Counted from the first letter of the stretch, positions 45,704 through 56,238 are shown. The stretch is 64,000 nt of DNA from Candidatus Latescibacterota bacterium (GCA_965203175.1 OZ241867.1:4352001-4416000), one strand, 5' to 3'. Notes: generated by a model not told the origin, from the letters alone. Made by a program: numbers and translations.

Positions 45704-48487
45704 TTACCTACTCTCCCTCCTTCGTCGCTTCGGCTTGGCCTTGGCCGTCAGCGGCACCAGCATTTTTTCGTACAGTCCGAATAGATGTTCGACGCGCTCG
45801 CGGTCGGAGATGAAGACGCTACGGCGGTAGAGTCTATCGACGACGCGGTCGAGGGCTTGGTGTGCTTTGCGGAGGTCGGCGGGCATGAGGTTGGGGTCGT
45901 AGAGGTCAGCTAGCGTTGCATCGGGATGGTTGGCGCGGGCGGTGAGGACGGCGTCGGCGTGGGGCGCGAGGCGTTGTAGGCGCTCGGGGACGGGAGGTAG
46001 CGGGAAGGTGTTATAAATAATGCCGATTCCGTATGAAAAGTCGCTTTTGAGCCGCCCACCGATATTCCTGACCCATGCCATGTGCATTGTAGATGTGAGG
46101 AGTCCAAACTGCCAAAGTGTGGCATTAGGCAGTATGCGTATCTTATTGCTCGGAATCACCGGCGGTTCCAGCCATGCAATCGGGATGTAATCTCGCCGTT
46201 CGGAACTGACTTCTGGAACGACCAAAAACGGCGCAGTAGGAATGACGTTGACATTGTATTGCATCGGGAAGTCAGCAATGGCGAGGGTACTCTTGCGTTT
46301 GCTCTTTGCCCGAAACGCCTTTACGGCCCGCATCCGCTCAACGACTTTTGGCATCGCCTTGAGGTCGGCCGGGCTAGCATCCTGAAGGGCCAAAATCCAG
46401 CGTTCACCACCTTGAATGTGTTCCCGTGCGCCGATGTAGGGGCGCATAAACTTCTCGGCTGTTGGCTCTTCTATTAAAAACGCGACCCGTTGGTCGGCGT
46501 CGAAAATGTAGTTCCTGTCATCAATGGGTTGCGAGCCGCTCAATAAGGGCGGTAGCCCATTCAGGGCTTGGGCCGATTCCTTTACCACAATCCGCGAATC
46601 GGTCAGCCCGCCAGCGTCGAACAAATAGGGCGATAGGGCTGCATGTTGGCTCTCTTGTGGATCGCTCTTGGGCGCGTCGTAGGAAAACAGCCGCTTCTCT
46701 CGCGGTGCATCGCCCCGTTTAGCCAGTCCGATAATGACGACGTGGACGTGTGCCATGCCGCGAGCGTCCGATCCCCAAGCAAAAGTGCGGTGGGCAAAAG
46801 CGATGTCCAGCTTGCAGCGGTCGAACAAGATCGGCCAGAGTTGCGCGACCTGCTCGCCTTGCGTGATGGAATTGGTAGCCACAAAGCCGATCCGCGCTGC
46901 GCTCTGCTGCACGTATTCGCCAGCTTTGATAAACCAAGCGGTGACGTAGTCGAGTGTGCCGCCGCTTTTGCCCAGCGCGGCGATGCGGCGCACCTGTTCG
47001 CGCTGCTCGGGCGATTGGAACTTCGCGCCCACAAACGGAGGATTGCCGAGCACATAGGAACATTCCTCCGGTGGCAGCAGTTTGCTCCACTCCGTTTCCA
47101 GCGCATCGCCGTGCTGGATGTGCGGCGACTTCTCCAGCGGAATGCGCGTGTACGTCTGGCCGAACTCCAAGCTCAGCCGATTATTCATTATATGATCCAT
47201 CATCCACAGCGCGACCTCGGCGATGTGCGCCGGAAACTCCCCTAACTCAATGCCGTAAAACTGATCCACATCGACCACCGAAAGCAGTTCGGCTAAAACG
47301 TCGAGTTGGCCGTGCGGGCGAATCTCTTTGAGTACCTCGATCTCCAACTCCCGCAACTCGCGGTAGGCGATGATGAGAAAATTGCCGCAGCCACAGGCCG
47401 GATCAAAAAATCGCAACTGGCCGAGCCGCTGTTGAAAGGCAATGAGTTCGGGAATGCGGCGGTTGTCGCGGCGCGACTGGAGGCGGCGAAACTCCGCGCG
47501 CAACTCGTCGAGAAACAGCGGCTCAATGACCTTGAGGATGTTCTGTTCGGTGGTATAGTGCGCGCCCTGAGCGCGGCGCTCGTCCTTGTCCATCACCGAC
47601 TGAAAGAGCGAGCCAAAAATCGCCGGGGAGATGTCGGACCAATTGAAATGGCAAGCGTCGATGAGCCGCTGGCGCATGGCGGAATCAAACGATGGAATGA
47701 GCAATGGATCGCGGAACAGGTCGCCGTTGACGTAGGGGAAGCGGGCGAGGTCTTCGTCGAGGGTTTTGGAACGGCAGTCTTCGGGCGTGTTGAGCACTTG
47801 GAACAATTGCGCCAGCCAGCCGCCGAGGTCGGAGCCGTCTTCCCGCGTCCGATTTTCTAACAGGTCGAGGAAAATGTCGCGCGGCTCGAAAATGCCAGTG
47901 TCGTCGGCAAAGAAGCAGAACACGATGCGGACGAGAAATTGCTCTAAGTCGTGGCCCGTATAGCCGGAGGCAGCCAGCGCATCGTGCAGGTCTCCAACGC
48001 GCTCGGACGCTTTGATGTTGACTGGGTCCTGGTCGCGGAAGGTCCGCTTCTGCACGCCCAAGATGAAGCCGAACTTTTCGACGTGATTGGGCAGGTCGGC
48101 GAGGGCAAAGGCGACGCTTTCGTCTTCGTCGAGGTCGTATAGCTCAAACGTCGCAAAGTCGCTCAGCAGAATGTAGCGCGGCAGGTCAGCATCTTTGAGG
48201 CCGGGAAAGTAGGACAAGGCTTGGGTTTTGGCCTTGGTGAGATCGAGACCAGCGCTTTTCTGCTCGACGAGCAACACACCCTTCCAAAACAGGTCGATAA
48301 AGCCGCGCCGGTCACCGAGCAGTTTAACGGGTTCCTCAAACGCGGCAACTCGGCGCACAGGAACGCCGAAGATGTCGAAAAAGTCGCGATAGAAAAGCTG
48401 GGTCTGCCCCTTCTCGTAGCCCGCGTCTTGCCATTCTTGGGCAAATCGCGCGGCGCGGGTGCTAATCTCGTTATAGGACAATCTCAT
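45704..48487 (-). CDS. MmeI-like type IIL/IIG restriction-modification enzyme (N6-adenine MTase)
   Basis: FIDLFWKGVLLVEQKS nuclease; PYVNGDLF; GAHYT; FFDPACGCGNF (motif I); GNPPF (motif IV); TLADLYDP..MP C-terminus. Confidence 0.9.
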   Translation of the reverse strand: MRLSYNEISTRAARFAQEWQDAGYEKGQTQLFYRDFFDIFGVPVRRVAAFEEPVKLLGDRRGFIDLFWKGVLLVEQKSAGLDLTKAKTQALSYFPGLKDADLPRYILLSDFATFELYDLDEDESVAFALADLPNHVEKFGFILGVQKRTFRDQDPVNIKASERVGDLHDALAASGYTGHDLEQFLVRIVFCFFADDTGIFEPRDIFLDLLENRTREDGSDLGGWLAQLFQVLNTPEDCRSKTLDEDLARFPYVNGDLFRDPLLIPSFDSAMRQRLIDACHFNWSDISPAIFGSLFQSVMDKDERRAQGAHYTTEQNILKVIEPLFLDELRAEFRRLQSRRDNRRIPELIAFQQRLGQLRFFDPACGCGNFLIIAYRELRELEIEVLKEIRPHGQLDVLAELLSVVDVDQFYGIELGEFPAHIAEVALWMMDHIMNNRLSLEFGQTYTRIPLEKSPHIQHGDALETEWSKLLPPEECSYVLGNPPFVGAKFQSPEQREQVRRIAALGKSGGTLDYVTAWFIKAGEYVQQSAARIGFVATNSITQGEQVAQLWPILFDRCKLDIAFAHRTFAWGSDARGMAHVHVVIIGLAKRGDAPREKRLFSYDAPKSDPQESQHAALSPYLFDAGGLTDSRIVVKESAQALNGLPPLLSGSQPIDDRNYIFDADQRVAFLIEEPTAEKFMRPYIGAREHIQGGERWILALQDASPADLKAMPKVVERMRAVKAFRAKSKRKSTLAIADFPMQYNVNVIPTAPFLVVPEVSSERRDYIPIAWLEPPVIPSNKIRILPNATLWQFGLLTSTMHMAWVRNIGGRLKSDFSYGIGIIYNTFPLPPVPERLQRLAPHADAVLTARANHPDATLADLYDPNLMPADLRKAHQALDRVVDRLYRRSVFISDRERVEHLFGLYEKMLVPLTAKAKPKRRRRESR

Positions 48488-48604
48488 GTAGTCGGAGCCT
48501 TTTGTTTGCGGTGCGAAGTAAGGTCATAGCTTGAGACAGCGCAGCGGCCAAGTCAAGGGAGCGGGAGCCATGCCAGCACCGGGGATTCCGGCTATATTGG
48601 TAGT

Positions 48605-50545
48605 ATGCAGATCATAGGTATCGGCGCGGCACAGCTAAGGCGGGAAGGAGCCATCCTCTGGGCGATTCTAATCGCCGCTCTCGGTGTGCGCCTAGCCTAT
48701 CTCTACCAAGCGGTTGACACGCCGCTCTTCGACGTCCTCCTGATCGACTCCGAATTCTACGACCGCCGCGCTCGGGCCATTGTCGCGGGCGATTGGCTGG
48801 GCAACCAGCCTTTCTTTATGAATCCGTTTTACTCCTACTTTTTGGCCGCCATTTACGCGCTGTTGGGCGCTGAATATTGGTGGGTTGGCTTGGTACAGGC
48901 GGCACTGGGGACGGGAAGCTGCTATTTGATCTACGCCTTGGGCCGAAAACTGTGGAGCGCGCAAATTGGGCTGTTGGCTGCCGGCATGGCGGCAATCTAC
49001 CAGCCGTATGTGTTCTACGACGGGGCTCTGCTGACCGCCGCGCCGATTACCTTTTTGAATCTCGCGGCTCTGTATTGCTTGGTGCACGCGCAAGGGGCGG
49101 CGCGTTGGCTGTTGGCTGCGGGCCTGCTGTTGGGGCTTTCGGTTACGGCGCGGCCCATGGTCTTGCTATTTGTCGCGGTGGTTGCGGGCTGGTTTGTCGC
49201 GCAGTGGGGACGGCGCGGTTGGCGGCAGTGGGGGTTGGTGGTCGTGGGCTGCGGTCTCGTAGTGGGCGCGGTGGCTTGCCGCAATTATCTCGTCGGGGGA
49301 GAGTGGCTGCTGACCACGTCCTCAGCCGGGATGAACTTCTACGTGGGCAACCACCCCGAGGCCAACGGCATCTACGCGCAGGTCGATTTTCTGCCCAGCG
49401 CCGAGCCGGATTTGGAGCGCGAGGCGTTTATCCGCGAGGCCGAGGCGCGCACGGGCCGAGAGCTGACCCCGGCGCAAGCATCCAGATACTGGCTTGTGGC
49501 TGGCTTGCGCTTTGCCGTGGAAAATCCCCTCGCATATTTGGCTCTACAAGGCCGCAAACTCTACATGTTCTGGAACGGAGTCGAGGCACAAAACAACCTG
49601 AGTCTGTATTTGGCGCGGGATTTTGTACCCTTGTTGCGTTGGTGCGTTCTCGGGTGGGGCCTGGTGGCCCCGCTGGCGGTCGTGGGCTGGGCTACTAGTC
49701 GTCGTTCTTCTCTGCTCGATCTGTATCTGGCGAGCTATCTGGCCGCGTGCCTGCTGTTTTTCACGTCCTCGGAATACCGCCTACCCGTCGTGCCAGTGAT
49801 TTTGCTCTACGCCGCTTGCTGGCTTGCCAACACCGCGACTTGGGTGACGGATGGGGAGCATCGTCGGTTGCTGGGGGCGTGTCTATTGGTGGCCTTAGTG
49901 GCGCTACCTATCAACTATCGGGACGCAGGGGCCGAGCGGCTGACTCGCAAACGGGTCGATTACTACAACTTCGGTGCCTTGTACCAACGCCAAGGGGATT
50001 GGGCGGCGGCCGAGAGCATGTTCCGCGAGGCGCTGCGCATCGATCCGTCCTTTGCTCCTGCTGCTTCTGGCCTAGCGGCTGTGTTGGCGCAGCAAGAAGG
50101 CGGAGACCCAGACAGCAGACGCGGGTTAGAGTTGTTCGGTGCTGGGGAGTACGAGGCGGCGATTGCAGTCTTTAGCCGCGCCCAGCCCTCGCCCGGTCTG
50201 CACAACAACGTCGGTCTGTGCTATTATCGCCTCGGTCAATGGGCCGAGGCCGCCGCCCATTTCCACAAGGCCCTCGCGCTCGATGCCAGCTACGCCCGAG
50301 CGCATTTCAATCTCGGCTTGGTATATGCCAAGCAGGGCGATGACCAAGCCGCGGCGAATGCCTTCGCCCAAGCACTCGAACTCGACCCCAACCATGCCCA
50401 AGCGCACTATCGGCGCGGAGAAGTACTGTTGCGCTTGGGGCGTCCCGGCGCAGCAGAAGCCCACTGGGCTTTTTTGCACGCGCGCAACCCCGACGACGCG
50501 CGCTTACAGACGAAAATCGATTCCATGATGCAGGCCAACCCTTGA
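48605..50545 (+). CDS. GT39/PMT-like glycosyltransferase with C-terminal TPR repeats
   Basis: D..YD..A..I, PFYSYFLA, NFYVGNHP.ANG, YRLP; TPRs (HNNVGLCY, HFNLGLVY). Confidence 0.8.
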   Translation: MQIIGIGAAQLRREGAILWAILIAALGVRLAYLYQAVDTPLFDVLLIDSEFYDRRARAIVAGDWLGNQPFFMNPFYSYFLAAIYALLGAEYWWVGLVQAALGTGSCYLIYALGRKLWSAQIGLLAAGMAAIYQPYVFYDGALLTAAPITFLNLAALYCLVHAQGAARWLLAAGLLLGLSVTARPMVLLFVAVVAGWFVAQWGRRGWRQWGLVVVGCGLVVGAVACRNYLVGGEWLLTTSSAGMNFYVGNHPEANGIYAQVDFLPSAEPDLEREAFIREAEARTGRELTPAQASRYWLVAGLRFAVENPLAYLALQGRKLYMFWNGVEAQNNLSLYLARDFVPLLRWCVLGWGLVAPLAVVGWATSRRSSLLDLYLASYLAACLLFFTSSEYRLPVVPVILLYAACWLANTATWVTDGEHRRLLGACLLVALVALPINYRDAGAERLTRKRVDYYNFGALYQRQGDWAAAESMFREALRIDPSFAPAASGLAAVLAQQEGGDPDSRRGLELFGAGEYEAAIAVFSRAQPSPGLHNNVGLCYYRLGQWAEAAAHFHKALALDASYARAHFNLGLVYAKQGDDQAAANAFAQALELDPNHAQAHYRRGEVLLRLGRPGAAEAHWAFLHARNPDDARLQTKIDSMMQANP

Positions 50546-52671
50546 AAGCTACCCTCTGTGTGCGCGGTGCTCGGGCGGGCGGTCTGGCCAATGTCGATAT
50601 GGACTTGCCGTTGGGCCGGATTATCTGCTTTACCGGCCGCAGTAGTAGCGGTCGCCGCTCCATGGCCTTAGACATCCTGTACGCGGAGAGCCGCCGCCGC
50701 TATATGCAGGCCCTGTCTCCGGCTGAACGCGAAAGCGTCAGCGGGACGGCGCGCGCGGATGTGGACGAGATCTCGGGCTTGCCGCCAGCCATTTACTTGG
50801 GGGCACCGCGCCGTGGACGCACGGTGGGAGACTACTTGCAGCTAGACGGGATTTTGGCGCAGATCATGCTGGAAGAGGGACAGATGCACTGCTTCGAATG
50901 CGGCAGCCGCTGTCGCTGCTATGCGGCCGATGAGGTTGAACGCGAAGTCGCCCGCGTCCATCCGGACACCCACTGTTTGGTGTTGGCTCCTTTGACTCTG
51001 CGGAACGAGGGGATGTGGCAACAGCTCTTGCAGGCTGGGTTTACGCGGATTGCAATCGACGGCCAGATCCAGCGGTTGGAAGGCGACGGGCCAGCATTGC
51101 CGAGCGACGAAAGCGAGGTACACGTGGTGGTGGACCGGTTGGTGCCGGACCCGAACGACAGTGTGCGCTTTTTGGAAGCCGTGCGCGTGAGCCGCTCGAT
51201 TTCGTCGGGGCAGACGGTGGTTTGGGTGGACGGGGCCAGCGAGATGATGCACTTGAACCAGCAGCCGACTTGTGGCGAGTGCGGTCGTCAGTACGAACCG
51301 CTAGCTGCGGCTGACTTCGGCGTGGGTCAGCCTTTGGCTGGTCAAATGACTCTGCACGGTCGCACCATGGACGAACTGATGAATGCTCCCCTCAGCTCGT
51401 TGCGCGATTGGCTAGCCGCTGCTGGCCAAGAGGGACACGGGCGCGCCAAAGTAGAGGCCGCACTCGCCGAGGCTTGCGGTTTGGCACTGGGACACCTGCC
51501 GTTGAGCCATCGGCTCGAATCGCTGGCGGCTGGCGAGTGGCAGCGACTGCAGTTGGGCTCCTGTCTCAGCAGCGGCCTGACGGGCATCTTCTACATTTTG
51601 GAAGGTTTGGGCAACCAATTGTCAGGAGAAATGCTGGATGTGGTCGCAGCGGGTCTGCGCCGGCTAGTCGCTGGCGGCAATACTGCGCTGTTATTGGATC
51701 ACACGCCTGCACTCGTGGCGGTCGCGGACGAAGTCTGGGCGTTTGCAGGAGGGCAGGTCCAGGTAGGGGAGCCGACTGAAATAGAGCGGGATGAAGCGGA
51801 TGAAAATCGGGTCACTGAGAAAGTTGCGCTGGCATTGACCATCTGCGGGAACGGTGTGGTCGGGCCGCTTGCTATCGAACTGCCGCACGGAAAGTTGACC
51901 TGCGTATGCGGGCCTTCCGGCAGCGGCAAAACCCGCTTTCTGCAAGAAGTCTTGCTGCCGCTGCTCAAGGGACGGCCCGTCGAGTACGCTGCTGCGAGTA
52001 TGCCGAGGAACAGCCGCGTTGTAACGGTGGAAGCCCCGAGCGGCAAGGCCACGGTTTTGGAGGGGCTGGGCCTTTTCGAGCGCGTTGCCGATTTATATGC
52101 CACATCACCGGCCGCGACGTCACGCGGCTGGGATCGGGACACCTTTCTGTTGGATCGGCCGGGAGGTCGTTGTCCTAGCTGTGAAGGTCGCGGCCAATGC
52201 TACTTCGATTTGGAATTTCTGGAGGATATAGCACTGGTGTGCGCCTCTTGCGAAGGCCGCAGGTACAAAGACGAGATCTGCGAAGTGACCTTGCGCGGCG
52301 CAAGCATCGCCGATGTGCTGGGCATGACCTTGGAACAGGCTTGTACCCACTTTGCCCGACACGACCCAATCCGCTCGCGCCTAGAGGCAGCAGTCGGCTG
52401 TGGCCTCGGCTATCTACTCTTGGGACAGGAGGTGCAGGAGCTGGAGCGGGGGGAGTGGTTGCGGTTGCGGCTGGCGCTCGAATCGACGCGGATCTCCCGG
52501 CGCACTTGGATGCTAATCGACGATCCAGCCAGCGGCGATCATCCAGAAGATGTACGCGCGATGGTCGCGGCCTTGCGGGGGCTGGTGGATCGCGGGGCCA
52601 CCGTTGTCGTCGTCGACCAGCATCCAACGGTGGGGGCAGCGGCGGATTGGGTGGTGGATTTGGCGTGCTAA
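50542..52671 (+). CDS. Degenerate UvrA-like ABC-ATPase
   Basis: DILYAESRRRY, DVDEISGLPPAI, Zn fingers, GRCPSCEGRG, CEGRRY, ADWVVDL; altered Walker/signature motifs. Confidence 0.75.
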   Translation: MKATLCVRGARAGGLANVDMDLPLGRIICFTGRSSSGRRSMALDILYAESRRRYMQALSPAERESVSGTARADVDEISGLPPAIYLGAPRRGRTVGDYLQLDGILAQIMLEEGQMHCFECGSRCRCYAADEVEREVARVHPDTHCLVLAPLTLRNEGMWQQLLQAGFTRIAIDGQIQRLEGDGPALPSDESEVHVVVDRLVPDPNDSVRFLEAVRVSRSISSGQTVVWVDGASEMMHLNQQPTCGECGRQYEPLAAADFGVGQPLAGQMTLHGRTMDELMNAPLSSLRDWLAAAGQEGHGRAKVEAALAEACGLALGHLPLSHRLESLAAGEWQRLQLGSCLSSGLTGIFYILEGLGNQLSGEMLDVVAAGLRRLVAGGNTALLLDHTPALVAVADEVWAFAGGQVQVGEPTEIERDEADENRVTEKVALALTICGNGVVGPLAIELPHGKLTCVCGPSGSGKTRFLQEVLLPLLKGRPVEYAAASMPRNSRVVTVEAPSGKATVLEGLGLFERVADLYATSPAATSRGWDRDTFLLDRPGGRCPSCEGRGQCYFDLEFLEDIALVCASCEGRRYKDEICEVTLRGASIADVLGMTLEQACTHFARHDPIRSRLEAAVGCGLGYLLLGQEVQELERGEWLRLRLALESTRISRRTWMLIDDPASGDHPEDVRAMVAALRGLVDRGATVVVVDQHPTVGAAADWVVDLAC

Positions 52672-52801
52672 AAGCCGCAATGTTGTTGCGACATATTATC
52701 TTGCGAGATGTATCGCTCCTATCTATCTTAAATTGGATATAGTTGTTCAAGTAAGCGAGGTGAATAATGCGGTATCCAAGCCCCGAGAAAGGGGCTTTCT
52801 A

Positions 52802-53269
52802 ATGAAGGTCGTACATAAGTTACACGAAGAGGTCATTGGCCATCTGGATCTAGACGGGTACGCCCTGTGCGAGCCGCAAGAGTCGGTCCTTGAAGCACTC
52901 AAGAAAATGCGCCACCAACACGTCAGCGCCGTGCTGGTGGAAGAAGACGGCCGCTTGGTAGGGATTTTTACCGAGCGCGATGCACTCACCAAAGTGGCCG
53001 ATCAGCCGGCGACGTGGACGCGGCCCGTGGCCGAATTGATGACCCGCGATCCGCACAGCTTGGATGCCCAACAGCCGATCAGCAGCGCCCTACGGCTGAT
53101 GGTCGCTGGTGACTATCGCAATGTGCCGATTGTGGAAGAAAACGGCCGCATAAGGGGGAATTTGCCCCAACACGAGGTCATCCGCTTTCTCACCGATCAG
53201 TTTCCCGAAGACATTTACAATTTGCCACCCGATCCCGAGCGCATCGCCCAAACCAAAGAGGGCGCTTGA
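52802..53269 (+). CDS. CBS domain protein
   Basis: LVGIFTERD, LMTRDP, YRNVPIV. Confidence 0.85.
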   Translation: MKVVHKLHEEVIGHLDLDGYALCEPQESVLEALKKMRHQHVSAVLVEEDGRLVGIFTERDALTKVADQPATWTRPVAELMTRDPHSLDAQQPISSALRLMVAGDYRNVPIVEENGRIRGNLPQHEVIRFLTDQFPEDIYNLPPDPERIAQTKEGA

Positions 53270-53317
53270 GCATGCGCTGCGGATCGAGATCTTTTTCTTT
53301 TTAAGGAGGTCATGTGC

Positions 53318-55192
53318 ATGGCCGAAATCGTGGCCCCATCGGCACCTACGAGTAAGCGAGAATACTCGCAAGAAGAGCGCCAATCTGTAGTCATCTCATT
53401 TTCCGGCGATTCGGGCGATGGGATGCAGCTAACCGGCGGGCAGTTTACCAATACTTCAGCCGTGGTGGGCAACGATGTCAGTACCTTTCCCGACATTCCC
53501 GCCGAAATCCGCGCCCCGGCGGGGACCATTCCCGGGCTGAGCGGCTATCAGGTCAACTTTGCCGCCAACGATCTCTACACAGCTGGCGACTCGCCCCAAG
53601 TGCTAGTGGCGATGAACCCGGCCGCGCTCAAAGCCAATTTGCCCGATCTCGAGCCGGGCGGGACCATCATCGTCAATACGGACCCGTTCAACCGCAATGG
53701 CCTCCGCAAGGCCGGGTACGAGGCGAACCCGCTCGAAGACGACAGCCTCAGCGGCTACGACGTGCACCCGGTCCCCTTGACCACGCTGACTCGCAATGCC
53801 CTCGCCGACATCGAGGGCATGAGTAACCAAGCAAAGGACATGTGCAAGAATGCCTTTGTCTTGGGCTTGGTGTTCTGGATGTTCGACCGTCCGCTCGATT
53901 ACACGCTCAAGTTCTACCAGACTAAGTTCGCCGGCCGCCCCGAGGTGGTTGAGGCCAATACGAGGGCCTTGAAAGCGGGCTACTACTACGGCGAAACGGC
54001 CGAGACCTTTCAGACGCAGATCTCGGTGCCGAAGCGAGAGATTGTCGAGCCGGGAGTGTACAAGCGGATCACTGGCAATGAGGCGATTGTCTTAGGGCTG
54101 GTCACGGCCGCGCAAAAGGCCGGCAAACCGCTCTTTTACGGCTCGTATCCCATCACGCCGGCCAGCACTATTCTAGAGGGGTTGTCGGCACTGAAGAACT
54201 TCGACGTGCGAACGTTCCAGGCCGAGGACGAGATCGCAGCTATGGGTTCGGTGATTGGCGCGGCCTTTGCCGGCAGCCTCGCGGCTACCGCCAGTAGCGG
54301 CCCGGGCATCGCGCTCAAGAGCGAGGGGATCAACTTGGCCGTAGTTATGGAGTTGCCACTAGTGATCGTTGACGTCCAGCGCGGTGGTCCTAGCACGGGC
54401 TTGCCCACTAAGACCGAGCAGGCCGATTTGCTGGAGGTGCTCTACGGACGCAACGGCGAAAGCCCAATCCCGGTCATTGCTCCGGCGACCCCAGGCGAAT
54501 GCTTCGACATGATCATCGAGGCCTTCCGCATTGCCGTTCGCTATATGACGCCGGTTTTTGTCCTGTCCGATGGGTACGTGGCCAACAACTCCGAGCCGTG
54601 GAAAATACCAGATGCGGATTCTATCGCGGCTATTGATGCCGAGCCGTACACGGATCCCGACGACTACCAACCCTACATGCGCGACCCGCAGACTTTGGCT
54701 AGGCCCTGGGTCGTGCCGGGGACGCCGGGGCTGGAGCACCGGATCGGCGGTTTGGGCAAGCAGGATGTGACGGGCAATGTCTCCTACGCGCCCGAAGACC
54801 ACGAGCGCATCGTCCATGTCCGGGCTGACAAAATCCGCGGCATCGCCGATTTCGCTCCCGAGTTAGAAGTGACCGGTCCCGAGCAAGGGGATTTGCTGGT
54901 CTTAGGCTGGGGGGGAACGTACGGCGCCATTCGCGCAGCTGTTGAGCAAGTGCGGAACGAGGGCCTCGACGTGGCCTACGCACACCTGCGCTACTTGAAC
55001 CCGTTTCCCCGCAACCTCGGCAATGTGCTCGGCCGCTACAAGCAAGTGTTGGTACCCGAGCTAAATCTCGGCCAATTGGCCCTGTTGGTCCAAGCGCATT
55101 TCCCCGTGCGCGTCGTCAAGCTGAACAAGGTCCAGGGGGCCCCCTTCCAAATTCGGGAAGTGGCCGACAAAATTCGCCAAGTGCTAAGCTAA
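53318..55192 (+). CDS. korA: 2-oxoacid:acceptor oxidoreductase alpha subunit
   Basis: GDSGDGMQLTG, YPITPAS, QAEDE, QRGGPSTGLPTKTEQ, HRIGGL, PELNLGQ. Confidence 0.92.
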   Translation: MAEIVAPSAPTSKREYSQEERQSVVISFSGDSGDGMQLTGGQFTNTSAVVGNDVSTFPDIPAEIRAPAGTIPGLSGYQVNFAANDLYTAGDSPQVLVAMNPAALKANLPDLEPGGTIIVNTDPFNRNGLRKAGYEANPLEDDSLSGYDVHPVPLTTLTRNALADIEGMSNQAKDMCKNAFVLGLVFWMFDRPLDYTLKFYQTKFAGRPEVVEANTRALKAGYYYGETAETFQTQISVPKREIVEPGVYKRITGNEAIVLGLVTAAQKAGKPLFYGSYPITPASTILEGLSALKNFDVRTFQAEDEIAAMGSVIGAAFAGSLAATASSGPGIALKSEGINLAVVMELPLVIVDVQRGGPSTGLPTKTEQADLLEVLYGRNGESPIPVIAPATPGECFDMIIEAFRIAVRYMTPVFVLSDGYVANNSEPWKIPDADSIAAIDAEPYTDPDDYQPYMRDPQTLARPWVVPGTPGLEHRIGGLGKQDVTGNVSYAPEDHERIVHVRADKIRGIADFAPELEVTGPEQGDLLVLGWGGTYGAIRAAVEQVRNEGLDVAYAHLRYLNPFPRNLGNVLGRYKQVLVPELNLGQLALLVQAHFPVRVVKLNKVQGAPFQIREVADKIRQVLS

Positions 55193-55207
55193 AGCAGGGA
55201 GATCGAG

Positions 55208-56227
55208 ATGGCCGAAGCAGTTGTAGAGACCGGGTTGAGCCGCAAGGATTTTGTTTCCGACCAAGAGGTTCGCTGGTGCCCTGGGTGCGGCGACTACGCG
55301 ATTTTGGCCCAAATGCAAAAGATGCTGCCCGAAGTGGGGGTCGCGCGGGAAGACATTGTATTCGTCTCCGGGATCGGCTGCTCTAGCCGCTTTCCCTACT
55401 ACATGAATACGTACGGCATTCACTCGATCCACGGGCGCGCGCCCACGATCGCCACGGGAATCAAGACGGCCAACCCGGATTTGAGCGTCTGGGTCATCAC
55501 CGGCGATGGCGATGGGCTTTCGATTGGTGGCAATCACCTCTTGCACAGCCTCCGGCGCAATGTCGATCTGAAAATTATTCTGTTCAACAACCGCATCTAC
55601 GGGCTTACCAAGGGCCAGTACTCGCCGACCTCGCTGATAGGGCACCGCACCACATCCACCCCTATGGGGTCGATTGACTATCCGCTCAATCCCATATCCG
55701 TGGCGCTGAGTGCCGAAGCAACCTTTGTCGCTCGCTCGCAGGACACCAATACCAAGCACCTGAGCTACGTACTCAAGCGAGCGGCCGAACACAAGGGTGC
55801 CGCTTTTGTCGAGATCTACCAAAATTGCGTCGTGCTCAATCCCACGGCTTGGGAGCACACTACGGATTCGGATGTGCGCGACGATAATATCGTGTTCTTA
55901 GAAGAGGGGGAGCCCCTCATCTTCGGGAAGGATCGGGACCGGGGCATTCGCATGAACGGCACCGAGCCCGAGGTTGTCGCACTCAGTGATGTGGCCCCAG
56001 ACGAGTTGGTCGTGCATCGCGAAGGGCGTGAAAACGCCAGCTACGCCTATATGCTCAGTCGGATGGAATACCCGTCAATGCCGCTGCCCTTTGGCGTGTT
56101 GCGCGCTCTTGACAGGCCAAGCTACACTGAGTTGTTGTTCGACCAAATCGACGCGACGACCCAACAGCGGGGCGAAGGTGACCTCGCGGCGCTGTTTAGC
56201 GCGGGCGATACTTGGGTCGTCGAATAG
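55208..56227 (+). CDS. korB: 2-oxoacid:ferredoxin oxidoreductase beta subunit
   Basis: WCPGCGD, SGIGCSS, HGRA, GDGD, YGLTKGQYSPT. Confidence 0.92.
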   Translation: MAEAVVETGLSRKDFVSDQEVRWCPGCGDYAILAQMQKMLPEVGVAREDIVFVSGIGCSSRFPYYMNTYGIHSIHGRAPTIATGIKTANPDLSVWVITGDGDGLSIGGNHLLHSLRRNVDLKIILFNNRIYGLTKGQYSPTSLIGHRTTSTPMGSIDYPLNPISVALSAEATFVARSQDTNTKHLSYVLKRAAEHKGAAFVEIYQNCVVLNPTAWEHTTDSDVRDDNIVFLEEGEPLIFGKDRDRGIRMNGTEPEVVALSDVAPDELVVHREGRENASYAYMLSRMEYPSMPLPFGVLRALDRPSYTELLFDQIDATTQQRGEGDLAALFSAGDTWVVE

Positions 56228-56238
56228 GAGAAGAGCCA

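Noticed and set aside
50542-52671. Calling this the canonical uvrA
   Set aside because: Too short and catalytic motifs degenerate
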